Assembly (NCBI GenBank): GCA_963790305.1
Contig: CAWBOC010000001.1
Span: 1 to 64,000 of the forward strand
From: an uncultured Gemmatimonadaceae bacterium
Lineage (GTDB): Bacteria > Gemmatimonadota > Gemmatimonadetes > Gemmatimonadales > Gemmatimonadaceae
Length of the DNA: 64,000 nt
Reading direction: 5' to 3'
Below are positions 30,339 through 39,132 of this stretch, in pieces. Position numbers and translations under genes: made by a program. Below the pieces are notes generated by a model, which had not been told where the DNA came from, ran no database searches, and saw nothing but the letters and a program-made list of their open reading frames with translations. Position 1 is the stretch's first letter, and every line of letters begins with the position of its first letter.

Positions 30339-30373
30339 GTTCATCACCACGACGCTCGATTGTCAAACACCAG

Positions 30374-30446
30374 CAGGCCCGGAGGGACTTGAACCCCCAA
30401 CCGCCGGTTTTGGAGACCGGTGCTCTACCAGTTGAGCTACGGACCT
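30374..30446 (-). tRNA. tRNA-Trp(CCA)
   Basis: Anticodon arm CCGGT-CTCCAAA-ACCGG. Confidence 0.95.
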
Positions 30447-30454
30447 ATGACGGC

Positions 30455-30546
30455 GGGATCAGGATTCAGGATTCAGGGATCAGGGTATCGCAATTCGCGT
30501 CCCTGGTCCCATCAACCTATAACCCCCTGACCCCTGACCCCTGATC
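30455..30546. repeat. 7-nt-periodic inverted array in the tRNA-His/tRNA-Trp spacer
   Basis: GGGATCAGGATTCAGGATTCAGGGATCAGGG ... CCCCTGACCCCTGACCCCTGATC. Confidence 0.75.
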
Positions 30547-30560
30547 ACAGGGGTTCCAGG

Positions 30561-30635
30561 GGTGACCGAGGGGACTTGAACCCCCAACCCCCGGAGCCAC
30601 AGTCCGGTGCTCTAACCGATTGAGCTACGGTCACC
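30561..30635 (-). tRNA. tRNA-His(GTG)
   Basis: Anticodon arm CCGGA-CTGTGGC-TCCGG; encoded G-1. Confidence 0.95.
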
Positions 30636-30672
30636 ATTGCTCTCCGAAACACGCGGTCGCGGAGAGACATCA

Positions 30673-30701
30673 ATTTTAACGGTGCGGGAGCAGTCGATCA
30701 A
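30673..30701 (-). promoter_or_regulatory. Sigma70-type promoter of the 7-tRNA operon
   Basis: TTGATC-17 bp-TAAAAT on the minus strand. Confidence 0.7.
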
Positions 30702-30716
30702 CCCTGCGCACCGCCG

Positions 30717-31280
30717 TCACTTGGCGCGATCGAGATACTCGCCGGTGTTCGGATTCACCCGGATGCGCACCCCCGAAGGGATGAACTCCGGGATGTTGAC
30801 CGTCACGCCGTTCTCGAGCTTGGCCGGCTTGAACGACGCCGTCTTCGTCGCTGACCTCATAACCGGCGACGTGTCCACGATCGTGAGCTCCATCGCGTTC
30901 GGCAACTGAATCCCGATCGGCCGGCCGTTGTAATACTCGGCGATGATGCGCATGCCTGGCTGAAGCCACTGTGCATTGTCGCCCAACGCCTCGTCATCGA
31001 GCTCCAGCTGGTCGTAGCTCTCGGTGTTCATGAAGTGGTACGTATCGCCACCCTGATACATGAACTCCAGCTCGTGCGTTTCCATCGACGCCTGATGCAC
31101 CTGATCGGCGGCGCGAAACCGATGCTCGAAGTTGTTCCCGGTGCGGAGGTTCTTGAGCTTTGCCTGCACCATCGCCCGCAGGTTGCCGGGCGTATGGTGG
31201 CGGAATTCCACAATGCGGCACGGATCGTTCTCGAAGACGATCACCATGCCGCGCCGAATTTGCGTTGCGGGAAGAGCCAT
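30717..31280 (-). CDS. efp: Translation elongation factor P
   Basis: HHTPGNLRAMVQAKLKNL, YHFMNTESYDQ, KPAKLENG.TVNIPEFI; SD GAGG. Confidence 0.95.
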   Translation of the reverse strand: MALPATQIRRGMVIVFENDPCRIVEFRHHTPGNLRAMVQAKLKNLRTGNNFEHRFRAADQVHQASMETHELEFMYQGGDTYHFMNTESYDQLELDDEALGDNAQWLQPGMRIIAEYYNGRPIGIQLPNAMELTIVDTSPVMRSATKTASFKPAKLENGVTVNIPEFIPSGVRIRVNPNTGEYLDRAK

Positions 31281-31355
31281 GACCCTGACCTCGAAATGCA
31301 AGGCGCCCCGCAGGGCGCCGGTGTTAGAGAGCTTTGAAAGTTAGCTTTGCCCGGC

Positions 31356-32048
31356 TCACGGGCCAAGGGCCGCGGGCTCGAGCAGCGGGAGCAATGCGGT
31401 CCACACCGTCTCTGCGAGGCGCCGAGATCCGGCCGCGTTGGGATGAATTCCGTCTCCCTGGTTCAGGGAGTCCACCGCCGCCACACCGTCGAGCAGGAAC
31501 GGCAGCAGCACCGCCCCGTTCCGTTCCGCCAGCTCGGGAAACACCTTTCGAAACTCGGACGTATAGCGAGTGCCGAGGTTGGGCGGCGCTTCCATGCCGA
31601 TGAGTAGAATACGGACGTTGGGAGAGGCGGCGCGCACGCGGTCGATGATGGCCTGGATGTTCGCGCGCATCGAGTCGACAGGCAGTCCGCGAAGCCCATC
31701 GTTTGCGCCGGTCTCGAGCACCAGGACCTCCACGGGCTCGCGAACGAGCCAATCGATGCGTTGCCGAGCGCCGGCAGAGGTCTCACCGCTGGAGCCTTGG
31801 TTGACGACTCGATACGGCAGGCCGAGCGAATCGATTCGCCGCGCGATGAGTGCGGGGTATGCTTCTTCTGGCTCGAGGCCCAGCCCGGCGGTGAGGCTGG
31901 TCCCGACGAAGAGCAATCGCTTGGGCGCGACCGGTCCGGAGTCTATCGACGCGGAGTCACCGCCCCGCGATGCAGCATCGCTGTTTTCACCGCCGCGACA
32001 GGCACCGAGAAGCAGGAGCGCGACGGTCACCTTCACGCAGAGTTGCAT
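31356..32048 (-). CDS. tesA: SGNH/GDSL arylesterase (TesA-like lipoprotein)
   Basis: GTSLTAG, SSGETSAG, ETGANDGLRG, DGIHPN; lipobox LGAC. Confidence 0.9.
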   Translation of the reverse strand: MQLCVKVTVALLLLGACRGGENSDAASRGGDSASIDSGPVAPKRLLFVGTSLTAGLGLEPEEAYPALIARRIDSLGLPYRVVNQGSSGETSAGARQRIDWLVREPVEVLVLETGANDGLRGLPVDSMRANIQAIIDRVRAASPNVRILLIGMEAPPNLGTRYTSEFRKVFPELAERNGAVLLPFLLDGVAAVDSLNQGDGIHPNAAGSRRLAETVWTALLPLLEPAALGP

Positions 32049-32721
32049 GCTCGAGGCTCGGGGTCTCACGAAGTCCTACGAAAGTGGCGCGCAGACACTG
32101 ACCGTGCTCCGCGATGTGAACTTTACCATCCGCGACGGCGAATTCGTCGCGATCATCGGACCATCGGGGAGCGGCAAGACGACGCTCCTCGGCCTGCTCG
32201 CCGGGCTCGACGTGCCAAGCGCTGGGACAGTGATTCTCGACGGGGCTGACCTCGCGGCGCTCGGCGAAGACGCGCGCGCGCGGCTCCGCGGAGAGAAAGT
32301 TGGCTTCGTGTTCCAGAGCTTTCAATTGATCCCGACGCTGACCGCACTGGAAAACGTTCAAGTCCCCCTCGAGCTTCGGGGGGACCGTCACGCGGCCGAC
32401 CGTGCGCGCGACTTGCTGGCGCGGGTCGGGCTGGCCGCGCGCACACACCACTATCCGGTGCAGCTGTCGGGTGGCGAGCAGCAGCGCGTCGCGATCGCGC
32501 GCGCGTTCTCCAATTCGCCGAAGGTGCTCTTTGCGGATGAGCCGACCGGCAATCTCGACGCCTCCACGGGCGGGCGTATCGTCGAGCTGCTCGAGTCGCT
32601 CAATCGGGAGGACGGAACGACTCTCGTCCTCGTGACCCACGATCCGGCAATCGCCGGACGGGCACGCCGCGTCGTGCGACTGAGTGACGGCGCCGTGATC
32701 TCGGACGCAGCGGCCGCATGA
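32047..32721 (+). CDS. ybbA: ABC transporter ATP-binding protein (YbbA-like)
   Basis: GPSGSGKTT, LSGGEQQR, FADEPTGNLD; divergent from tesA. Confidence 0.92.
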   Translation: MLEARGLTKSYESGAQTLTVLRDVNFTIRDGEFVAIIGPSGSGKTTLLGLLAGLDVPSAGTVILDGADLAALGEDARARLRGEKVGFVFQSFQLIPTLTALENVQVPLELRGDRHAADRARDLLARVGLAARTHHYPVQLSGGEQQRVAIARAFSNSPKVLFADEPTGNLDASTGGRIVELLESLNREDGTTLVLVTHDPAIAGRARRVVRLSDGAVISDAAAA

Positions 32722-35270
32722 GCCTCGCCTGGCGACAGCTCGCCGCACTTGCCTGGCGAGACTCGCGCGCCGTTCGACGGCGCCTCGCCCTCTTCATGTC
32801 GGCGATCTCGATCGGGGTGGCAGCCCTCGTCGCGATCGACTCGTACGCCGCGAACGTGACGGCCGCGGTGCATGAGCAATCGCGAGCGCTCCTGGGGGGC
32901 GACCTGACCGTGCGGTCTCGGTCCGCCTTCACGCCCGCGGTCGACACGGTGCTCGATTCCCTGCGTGGCGCCGGATCGCGCGTCGCACGGATCACCTCGT
33001 TCGCATCGATGGCGGTCGTCCGGGGACGGCCGGGAACGCGACTGGTGCAAGTGCGCGCGGTCGAGCCGGGATTTCCGTTCTACGGAACGATCGACACCCG
33101 GCCGGCCAACCAGTGGGCGACGCTTCACGACCGCGCGAACGTCCTCGTCGATCCATCGCTGCTCATCGCGCTGGACGCGCAGGTCGGCGACTCGCTTCAG
33201 TTGGGCTTCGCGACCTTCACCATCGCCGGAACGCTCGAGAACGTTCCGGGCGACGCCGGGATCGCGTCCGCGTTCGGACCGCGCGTGTTCATTCCCGCGT
33301 CGCAACTCGACGCCACCGGCCTCCTCGTCTTTGGGAGCCGAGCCGAATACGAGGCGATGATCGCCGTGCCCCAGGGGACCGACGTCGACAAGCTCGCCAA
33401 GGACGTGCGCGCCGATCTCGATAGCACGCGCACGCGGGTGCGCACAGCGGCTGACACCGAGCGAAACCTCACCGATGGCGTCACGCAGCTGCATCGCTTT
33501 CTGGGCATCGTCGGCCTGGTCGCTCTACTTCTCGGTGGCATTGGCGTCGCCAGCGCCATCCACGCCTACGTCTCCGAAAAGATCGACACCGTGGCGATTC
33601 TCCGATGCCTTGGCGCGACCACCGCGCAGGTCATCGCGATCTACGCCGCGACCGCCGCCGCCATGGGATTGCTTGGCGCGTTCGGCGGGGTGATCCTCGG
33701 AGTGCTCACACAGTTCGCGTTGCCGGGAGTGCTCGGTGATTTCATGCCGGTCGACGTGCGGCCGACGCTGGCGCCAGGCGCGCTCATCGCCGGCCTCATC
33801 ACCGGCGTGTGGGTCGCATTGATCTTCGCGCTCCGCCCACTGCTCGCTATCCGGCACGTGTCGCCGCTGCAGGCGCTGCGACGTACCGTGAGCGAGCTGC
33901 CGCGCGGCCGGTGGTGGCGTGACGTGCCGCGACTCCTCGCCACGGCGGCGCTCGTGGTCAGCCTCGTCATCATCACCAGGGCTCGCGCGGGCGACTGGGA
34001 GGAGACGCTCGGGATGCTGGCGGCGATCGGCGGTGCCCTGCTCGTGCTGGTCCTCGCCGCCATCGGCCTCACCTGGCTCGCGCGGCGTGTCGTGCGCGAC
34101 GACTGGCCGTTCGTCATTCGCCACGGCATCTCCAGCCTCTACCGGCCCGGAAGTCAGACGCGTCCGATCGTCCTCGCGTTAGGGTTCGGCGCCTTTCTCA
34201 TCAGCACGCTCTACGTCACACAGGCGAATCTCATTCGCCATCTCACCCTCAGCGGCGAGGCGACCCGCGCCAACGTCGCGTTCTTCGATGTCCAGGCCGA
34301 CCAGATCGAGCGGGTGGACTCGATGGTGCGGCAGCAAGGGCATCCGATCCTCCAGCGAGTGCCAATCGTGCCGATGCGCATTGCGCAGATCGGCTCGCGC
34401 AGTGTCGGGGAGCTCATCGCGGACACGACCGATCAGGTATCGGGTTGGGCGGTTCGACGCGAATATCGGTCGAGCTGGCGGGACACGCTGGTGGGCTCCG
34501 AGCGCATCGTCGAGGGGAAGTGGTTCACTCCCGCGGCGCCTGGCGCGCGGGACCTTCCAGAGGTCTCGCTCGAGCGCGAGATCGCGACCGAGCTCGAGGT
34601 CGCCATCGGCGATACGATCGTGTGGGACGTACAGGGGGTGCAGGTGCCGACCCGCCTTACGAGCATCCGCGAAGTCAACTGGGCACGCTTCGAGCCGAAC
34701 TTCTTCGCGGTGTTCGAGCCGGGGGCGCTCGACGGTGCGCCCACGTCCCACGTTGTACTATCGGGCATTAACGACGCGACCGCGCGCGCGCGGCTTCAGC
34801 GCGCGGTAGTGGACGTCTACCCGAACGTCTCGAGTCTGGATCTCGCCACGATTCAGGAGTCGGTCGAGCGCATTCTCGATAAGGTGGCGGTGGCCGTCCG
34901 CTTCATGGCGCTGTTCAGCCTGGCGACGGGCGCGCTGGTGCTCTTCTCGGCCGTCGCCGCGACCCGGCGACGGCGCGTGCGCGAGGCGGTGCTCCTGCGC
35001 ACGTTAGGCGCGACGCGTCAGCAGATCCGGCGCATGATGCTCACCGAGTACGCGGTGCTCGGCGCACTCGGCGCGGCGACGGGAATGCTGTTGTCGATCG
35101 GCGGCGCCTGGGGGATCGTGCACTACATGTTCGAGCTTCCCTTCGCGCTCGCCTCCGGCGCCTCACTCGCGATCGCCGGGGGGATGATGCTCCTGACGAT
35201 CGTGCTGGGCCTCACGAGCGGGCGACGGGTGATGGCCGAGACGCCGATGGCGGCGCTGAGGGAGGCGTGA
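32718..35270 (+). CDS. ybbP: ABC transporter permease (YbbP-like)
   Basis: AWRDSR, LLGGDL, FPFYG, FFDVQ, NFFAVF, LRTLGATRQQI. Confidence 0.9.
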   Translation: MSLAWRQLAALAWRDSRAVRRRLALFMSAISIGVAALVAIDSYAANVTAAVHEQSRALLGGDLTVRSRSAFTPAVDTVLDSLRGAGSRVARITSFASMAVVRGRPGTRLVQVRAVEPGFPFYGTIDTRPANQWATLHDRANVLVDPSLLIALDAQVGDSLQLGFATFTIAGTLENVPGDAGIASAFGPRVFIPASQLDATGLLVFGSRAEYEAMIAVPQGTDVDKLAKDVRADLDSTRTRVRTAADTERNLTDGVTQLHRFLGIVGLVALLLGGIGVASAIHAYVSEKIDTVAILRCLGATTAQVIAIYAATAAAMGLLGAFGGVILGVLTQFALPGVLGDFMPVDVRPTLAPGALIAGLITGVWVALIFALRPLLAIRHVSPLQALRRTVSELPRGRWWRDVPRLLATAALVVSLVIITRARAGDWEETLGMLAAIGGALLVLVLAAIGLTWLARRVVRDDWPFVIRHGISSLYRPGSQTRPIVLALGFGAFLISTLYVTQANLIRHLTLSGEATRANVAFFDVQADQIERVDSMVRQQGHPILQRVPIVPMRIAQIGSRSVGELIADTTDQVSGWAVRREYRSSWRDTLVGSERIVEGKWFTPAAPGARDLPEVSLEREIATELEVAIGDTIVWDVQGVQVPTRLTSIREVNWARFEPNFFAVFEPGALDGAPTSHVVLSGINDATARARLQRAVVDVYPNVSSLDLATIQESVERILDKVAVAVRFMALFSLATGALVLFSAVAATRRRRVREAVLLRTLGATRQQIRRMMLTEYAVLGALGAATGMLLSIGGAWGIVHYMFELPFALASGASLAIAGGMMLLTIVLGLTSGRRVMAETPMAALREA

Positions 35271-35273
35271 GGG

Positions 35274-35340
35274 CGAATACGGAAGACGGAATGCGGAAAC
35301 GCGGAAGCGTTTGACATCCGCATTCCGCATTCCGTATTCG
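35274..35340. repeat. 7-nt-periodic inverted-repeat element, family B copy 2
   Basis: CGAATACGGAAGACGGAATGCGGA ... TCCGCATTCCGCATTCCGTATTCG between convergent genes. Confidence 0.85.
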
Positions 35341-35342
35341 GA

Positions 35343-36551
35343 TCAGGGCTCCATCTTCCAGAAGTCGATCCCCCCCGCCTGCTGTCCCACGTCCACCGTC
35401 GCGATGGTCTTGAAGGTCGCGAGGTCGATCATCTCCACGGTGCCCGGCTCGGAGCCGATCCCCTCGACGGAAATGAAGACGTAGCGATTGTCGGGCGAGA
35501 TGACCGCGCCGTGCACGACCTTCCGCTTCGTAGGCACGCGCGCGAGCTCTCGACCGCTGGCGATCTCGATGACCGAGACCGACTGCCCTCGTTTGTTCGT
35601 GCCGACGAGAAGGCGCCCGTCGCCCGACACGGCGAGATTGTACACGCCCGGGCCGGCGGGAATCCGGCGCGTCATCTTCCAGGTCACGACGTCGATCTCC
35701 ACGATGTCGCTCGACTTGTTGCAGGCGACGTAGACCTTCGAGCCATCGCTCGACGGCTGCGCCCACGTGGGGGAGCACGCGTCATCCCCTGGTTTCGGGG
35801 GCGTCATACCGTGCCCTGACGCATCGTGCTGCTGATGCGAGCCGGCGGCCATCTCGCGGTGCGGCGGCCCGGCGTCGCCATGCTCCTTTCCCTTGGTGAC
35901 CATGAAGTGTCGAGACGCGCCAAAGGTCCGTGTGTCGATCTCGACGACCATGTCATCCATCATGCAGGCGGAGTACTGCTTCGTCCCCTGCGGGTTGACC
36001 CGCGAGCCGTGCGGCATCACGCACGTCGTCGTGCGCGCGACCTCGACCATCGCTTCGGTGGCGACGATGGACACCGACGACGGCACCGGGTCGCCGTGCA
36101 GATTGAAGTTCACCACGTAGAGGAACTCGCCGTCGGGCGTCGTCTGCATCGTCGCGGGGAAGTTGCCGAGCTCGACGCGGCCCTTCAGCGTGTCCCCGAC
36201 CGTGGTGTACTTCCACACGGTGCCGAAGGGCGTTCCATGGGCGATGGAGACGTAGTAGTAGCGACCGTCGGGGGAGACGGCGACGCCATGCGGACCATCC
36301 ACGTCGGCGGGCATGATGCCCGTCGTCAGTCTATGGTCGACGTTGCCCCCGTTCGGCCCAAACCGCAGCAGCGCGATCTCGTCGGCCGATTCTGCTACGA
36401 CGTATACCAGGTAGCTGCGGTCAGGCATCGCGGGTGCAGCCGAGACCGGCGTGGCCGCGGGGGCCGGGTCGGGTCGCGCGGCCGGAGATTTCGCGCACGC
36501 AGCCAGGGCGGCACACGCGAGCAGCGGGAGATGGATCGGAGAGAAACGCAT
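35343..36551 (-). CDS. YncE/YVTN-type beta-propeller lipoprotein
   Basis: Lipobox LAAC; repeated PHGVAVSPDG / TPDG / SPDN blades. Confidence 0.85.
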   Translation of the reverse strand: MRFSPIHLPLLACAALAACAKSPAARPDPAPAATPVSAAPAMPDRSYLVYVVAESADEIALLRFGPNGGNVDHRLTTGIMPADVDGPHGVAVSPDGRYYYVSIAHGTPFGTVWKYTTVGDTLKGRVELGNFPATMQTTPDGEFLYVVNFNLHGDPVPSSVSIVATEAMVEVARTTTCVMPHGSRVNPQGTKQYSACMMDDMVVEIDTRTFGASRHFMVTKGKEHGDAGPPHREMAAGSHQQHDASGHGMTPPKPGDDACSPTWAQPSSDGSKVYVACNKSSDIVEIDVVTWKMTRRIPAGPGVYNLAVSGDGRLLVGTNKRGQSVSVIEIASGRELARVPTKRKVVHGAVISPDNRYVFISVEGIGSEPGTVEMIDLATFKTIATVDVGQQAGGIDFWKMEP

Positions 36552-36872
36552 GAAGACGATCCCCAAAGGACCAACGTCGGGTGGAGTGGAGTAGCTCAAT
36601 CTAGGTTCTTCCGGGATTTCCGAAATTGGCCGACCGAAGCTTCTCTTGCCGGTACCCCGCCCTCCCTCCCCACGGTCCAATCTGGCGTTTCGCGCAATGA
36701 TGTCGGATCGCTACACCGATCGTTGGTGCGACACCACGGTGTCGTTTACACGCCACTCTTGCAGAATCCACCGGGGACTCTCACTATGTGACGCCCATCA
36801 CACTCGAGCACGGCAGAACCGCAGCATCGCGCGAGTCGGGATGCACCACCCCACACCCCCCGGAGGCTCGTG

Positions 36873-36959
36873 ATGCGTCACCTCAATGCGGCGCGAGACT
36901 TTCTCGTTCCACTGGCCGGGATCGCCTTCTTCGTGATGCTGGCCACGCTCGTGGCGTGA
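36873..36959 (+). CDS. Small 28-aa single-TM peptide, below the ORF-track cutoff
   Basis: SD GGAGG at 36862-36866; MRHLNAARDFLVPLAGIAFFVMLATLVA*; hairpin at 37007-37050. Confidence 0.6.
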   Translation: MRHLNAARDFLVPLAGIAFFVMLATLVA

Positions 36960-37006
36960 ACACGAATCGGCGACGCAGCCGAAGTCGGGCAATGCGCAAT
37001 CTGCAG

Positions 37007-37050
37007 TGAGAAACGAGGAGCGAGGCCGGGTGCCCGCTCCTCGTTTCTCA
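37007..37050. terminator. Hairpin between convergent units
   Basis: TGAGAAACGAGGAGCG ... CGCTCCTCGTTTCTCA, 16-bp stem. Confidence 0.75.
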
Positions 37051-37054
37051 TTGC

Positions 37055-37645
37055 TCACTCGGGCGGCAGATACTGGCGAGGAATTGGATTGCCCGGCCGC
37101 TCGAAATCCCAAAAGATCGTGACGACCCACCACCGCTCGCCGTTGGTCACCAGCTGGATGCTGTTGATCCCGCGACTGAAGGGCGGCGAGTCGGGCCTAT
37201 TCACGCGCGACTCGTACGTCGAAAACACATGCGCCACGTTGCCGTAGCGCTCGACACGATGCGCGATCTCCCGCTCCCAGAAGCCATCCCGCTTCAGGAA
37301 CGGGTCGGCAGAGGACACATACTCCTCGACGGTCATGTTGCGAGACGGGACGCGCCCATCCTGCGACGGGGCGGCTACGATGAGGCGGGCGCCACTCGTG
37401 AACAGCGACCGGAACCGGCTCCAGTCCCGGTCCTGCCCGGCCGGCCCCGAGATCACGTCGTAGAGAGCGGCAATGATCGATTCGACTGAGGCGACATTGG
37501 CGGGGCGCGCGGCGGGCGAATCCATCCGCGGCGTCGTGGGGCTCGCCACGGCGACCTCTGCCTGCGGCTCGACGTTAGGCGCGGGCGCCGTCGCGCACGC
37601 GGCGTGAATGAGTAACATCAGGCCAGGCGCGATGCGCGGCATCAT
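37055..37645 (-). CDS. Exported NTF2/SnoaL-like protein, probable lipoprotein
   Basis: IIAALYDVISGPAG..RDWSRFRSLF, YGNVAHVFSTYE, RGINSIQL; AAC motif after hydrophobic leader. Confidence 0.8.
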   Translation of the reverse strand: MMPRIAPGLMLLIHAACATAPAPNVEPQAEVAVASPTTPRMDSPAARPANVASVESIIAALYDVISGPAGQDRDWSRFRSLFTSGARLIVAAPSQDGRVPSRNMTVEEYVSSADPFLKRDGFWEREIAHRVERYGNVAHVFSTYESRVNRPDSPPFSRGINSIQLVTNGERWWVVTIFWDFERPGNPIPRQYLPPE

Positions 37646-38532
37646 TGTTCCTTCCTCCGCGGTAACGGTTCTTCGAGCGACTTGAGACGTTCCTCCAAAC
37701 GCGTGATCTCCAGCTGCACACCGAGCTCCCGCGCGAGGTCCAAACCCTGGGTATAGCATCGCTGCGCGATATCCTGCTGGCCGTCACGGCGATTGATGTC
37801 GCCAAGGAGGCGCAAGCACTCGACCCGCCGCCATCGGTTTCCGGCCATGTCGAAGTAGCCAAGTGCGGTGCTCGCGGCCTCGTCTGCCTGCTCGAGCTCG
37901 TCGGCGCATAACATCGTCTCGGCCAGGTTCATCGTCGCCAGTGCAGCCAGGTCGAGATCTTCGATCTCCCGCGCGAGGTCGACCGCGCGCGTGAGCACGC
38001 GCTCGGCGATCTCGAAGTTCTCGCCGTCCATCGCCGCGCGCCCGTAATTGTTGAGCGCGAACGCCTGACCCCACAGGTACTCGGCCGCCTGGAAGCAGCT
38101 GTACGATTCGAGAAACCGGTGCTCGGCCGTCTCGAAATCTCCCCCTTCGGCCGCGATGGCTCCGAGATTCTGCAGGGCGACTCCGCGGATGCGTGGGTCG
38201 GTCGTCATGGCGAGAATCCGCTCCAGCAGCGGTCGCGCCGCGGCAAAATCACCCTTGCTCTGGAAGACGGCCGCTTCCGCGTTGAGCGCTTCGGCGTGCG
38301 CGTCGACGAGCTCATGCCGAACAGCAACCGCAGCGCTCTCGCGCGCGGCCTCCAACGCGCCCTCCCAGTCGCAGCGCGTGCGCAGCACGCTCGCCCGGCG
38401 ACGCCAGGCCGTCGCGACTGTCAGCGGGTCGCCGCCACTCGCGGCGGCCTCGTAATGAGCAAGCGCGCGGTCCAGCATGCCGAATTTCTCGAGGCGAAGC
38501 CCTTCCTCAATGTCGCCGGCGGGATCAGGCAT
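37642..38532 (-). CDS. Tetratricopeptide-repeat protein
   Basis: Repeated ALNAEA / ALQNLG / ALNNYG / ATMNLA helices. Confidence 0.82.
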   Translation of the reverse strand: MPDPAGDIEEGLRLEKFGMLDRALAHYEAAASGGDPLTVATAWRRRASVLRTRCDWEGALEAARESAAVAVRHELVDAHAEALNAEAAVFQSKGDFAAARPLLERILAMTTDPRIRGVALQNLGAIAAEGGDFETAEHRFLESYSCFQAAEYLWGQAFALNNYGRAAMDGENFEIAERVLTRAVDLAREIEDLDLAALATMNLAETMLCADELEQADEAASTALGYFDMAGNRWRRVECLRLLGDINRRDGQQDIAQRCYTQGLDLARELGVQLEITRLEERLKSLEEPLPRRKEQ

Positions 38533-38582
38533 GTCGGTTGCTGAGTCCGGCGTCACCCTGCCGCCACGCACGAGAGGCTCTC

Positions 38583-39116
38583 ATGGTTCGATGGACGGTT
38601 GTTCGGCGATTCACGACGGTGGCGCTTGCCGCCGCGCTCACTGCATGTAGTGAGCCCACCACCGCACCCACTTTTGACGAGCCCGCTCCAAGTCTGAGCG
38701 GGACGCAGACAGCCTCCGGCCTCCTCGAGTGTCGGAGAACCTTGTTCGACGTTACGTGGGGACTGGTCGGTCCGCTCGGAGGATTGATCTCCCTCGATGG
38801 CCACAGCATCAGCGTGCCTCCGCTCGCGCTCGACCGCGTGGTGCTCGTCGCCCTGCGCACGCCGTCGACGCGCTTCGTCGAAGTGGAAGCCCGCGTCAAT
38901 GGACGAGACCACTTCGAATTCGGGCAGCCCGTTACCGTCACGCTCGACTACTCACGCTGCCAGCCGTGGCAGATCGGCCCGGAGCCACTGACGGTCTGGC
39001 AAATCGATCCCGATACGAAGGAGTTCATTCGAGACATGGGCGGCGTCGACGACCGGGCCAACCGACGCATCTCGTTCACGACCGATCACTTCTCCGGGTA
39101 CGCGGTCGCGCAGTAG
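38583..39116 (+). CDS. Hypothetical lipoprotein (ZU5-like beta sandwich)
   Basis: Lipobox LTAC; VGPLGGLI..HSISVPPLAL; C-terminal TDHFSGYAVA. Confidence 0.75.
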   Translation: MVRWTVVRRFTTVALAAALTACSEPTTAPTFDEPAPSLSGTQTASGLLECRRTLFDVTWGLVGPLGGLISLDGHSISVPPLALDRVVLVALRTPSTRFVEVEARVNGRDHFEFGQPVTVTLDYSRCQPWQIGPEPLTVWQIDPDTKEFIRDMGGVDDRANRRISFTTDHFSGYAVAQ

Positions 39117-39132
39117 CCATCCCTGATGTCAA

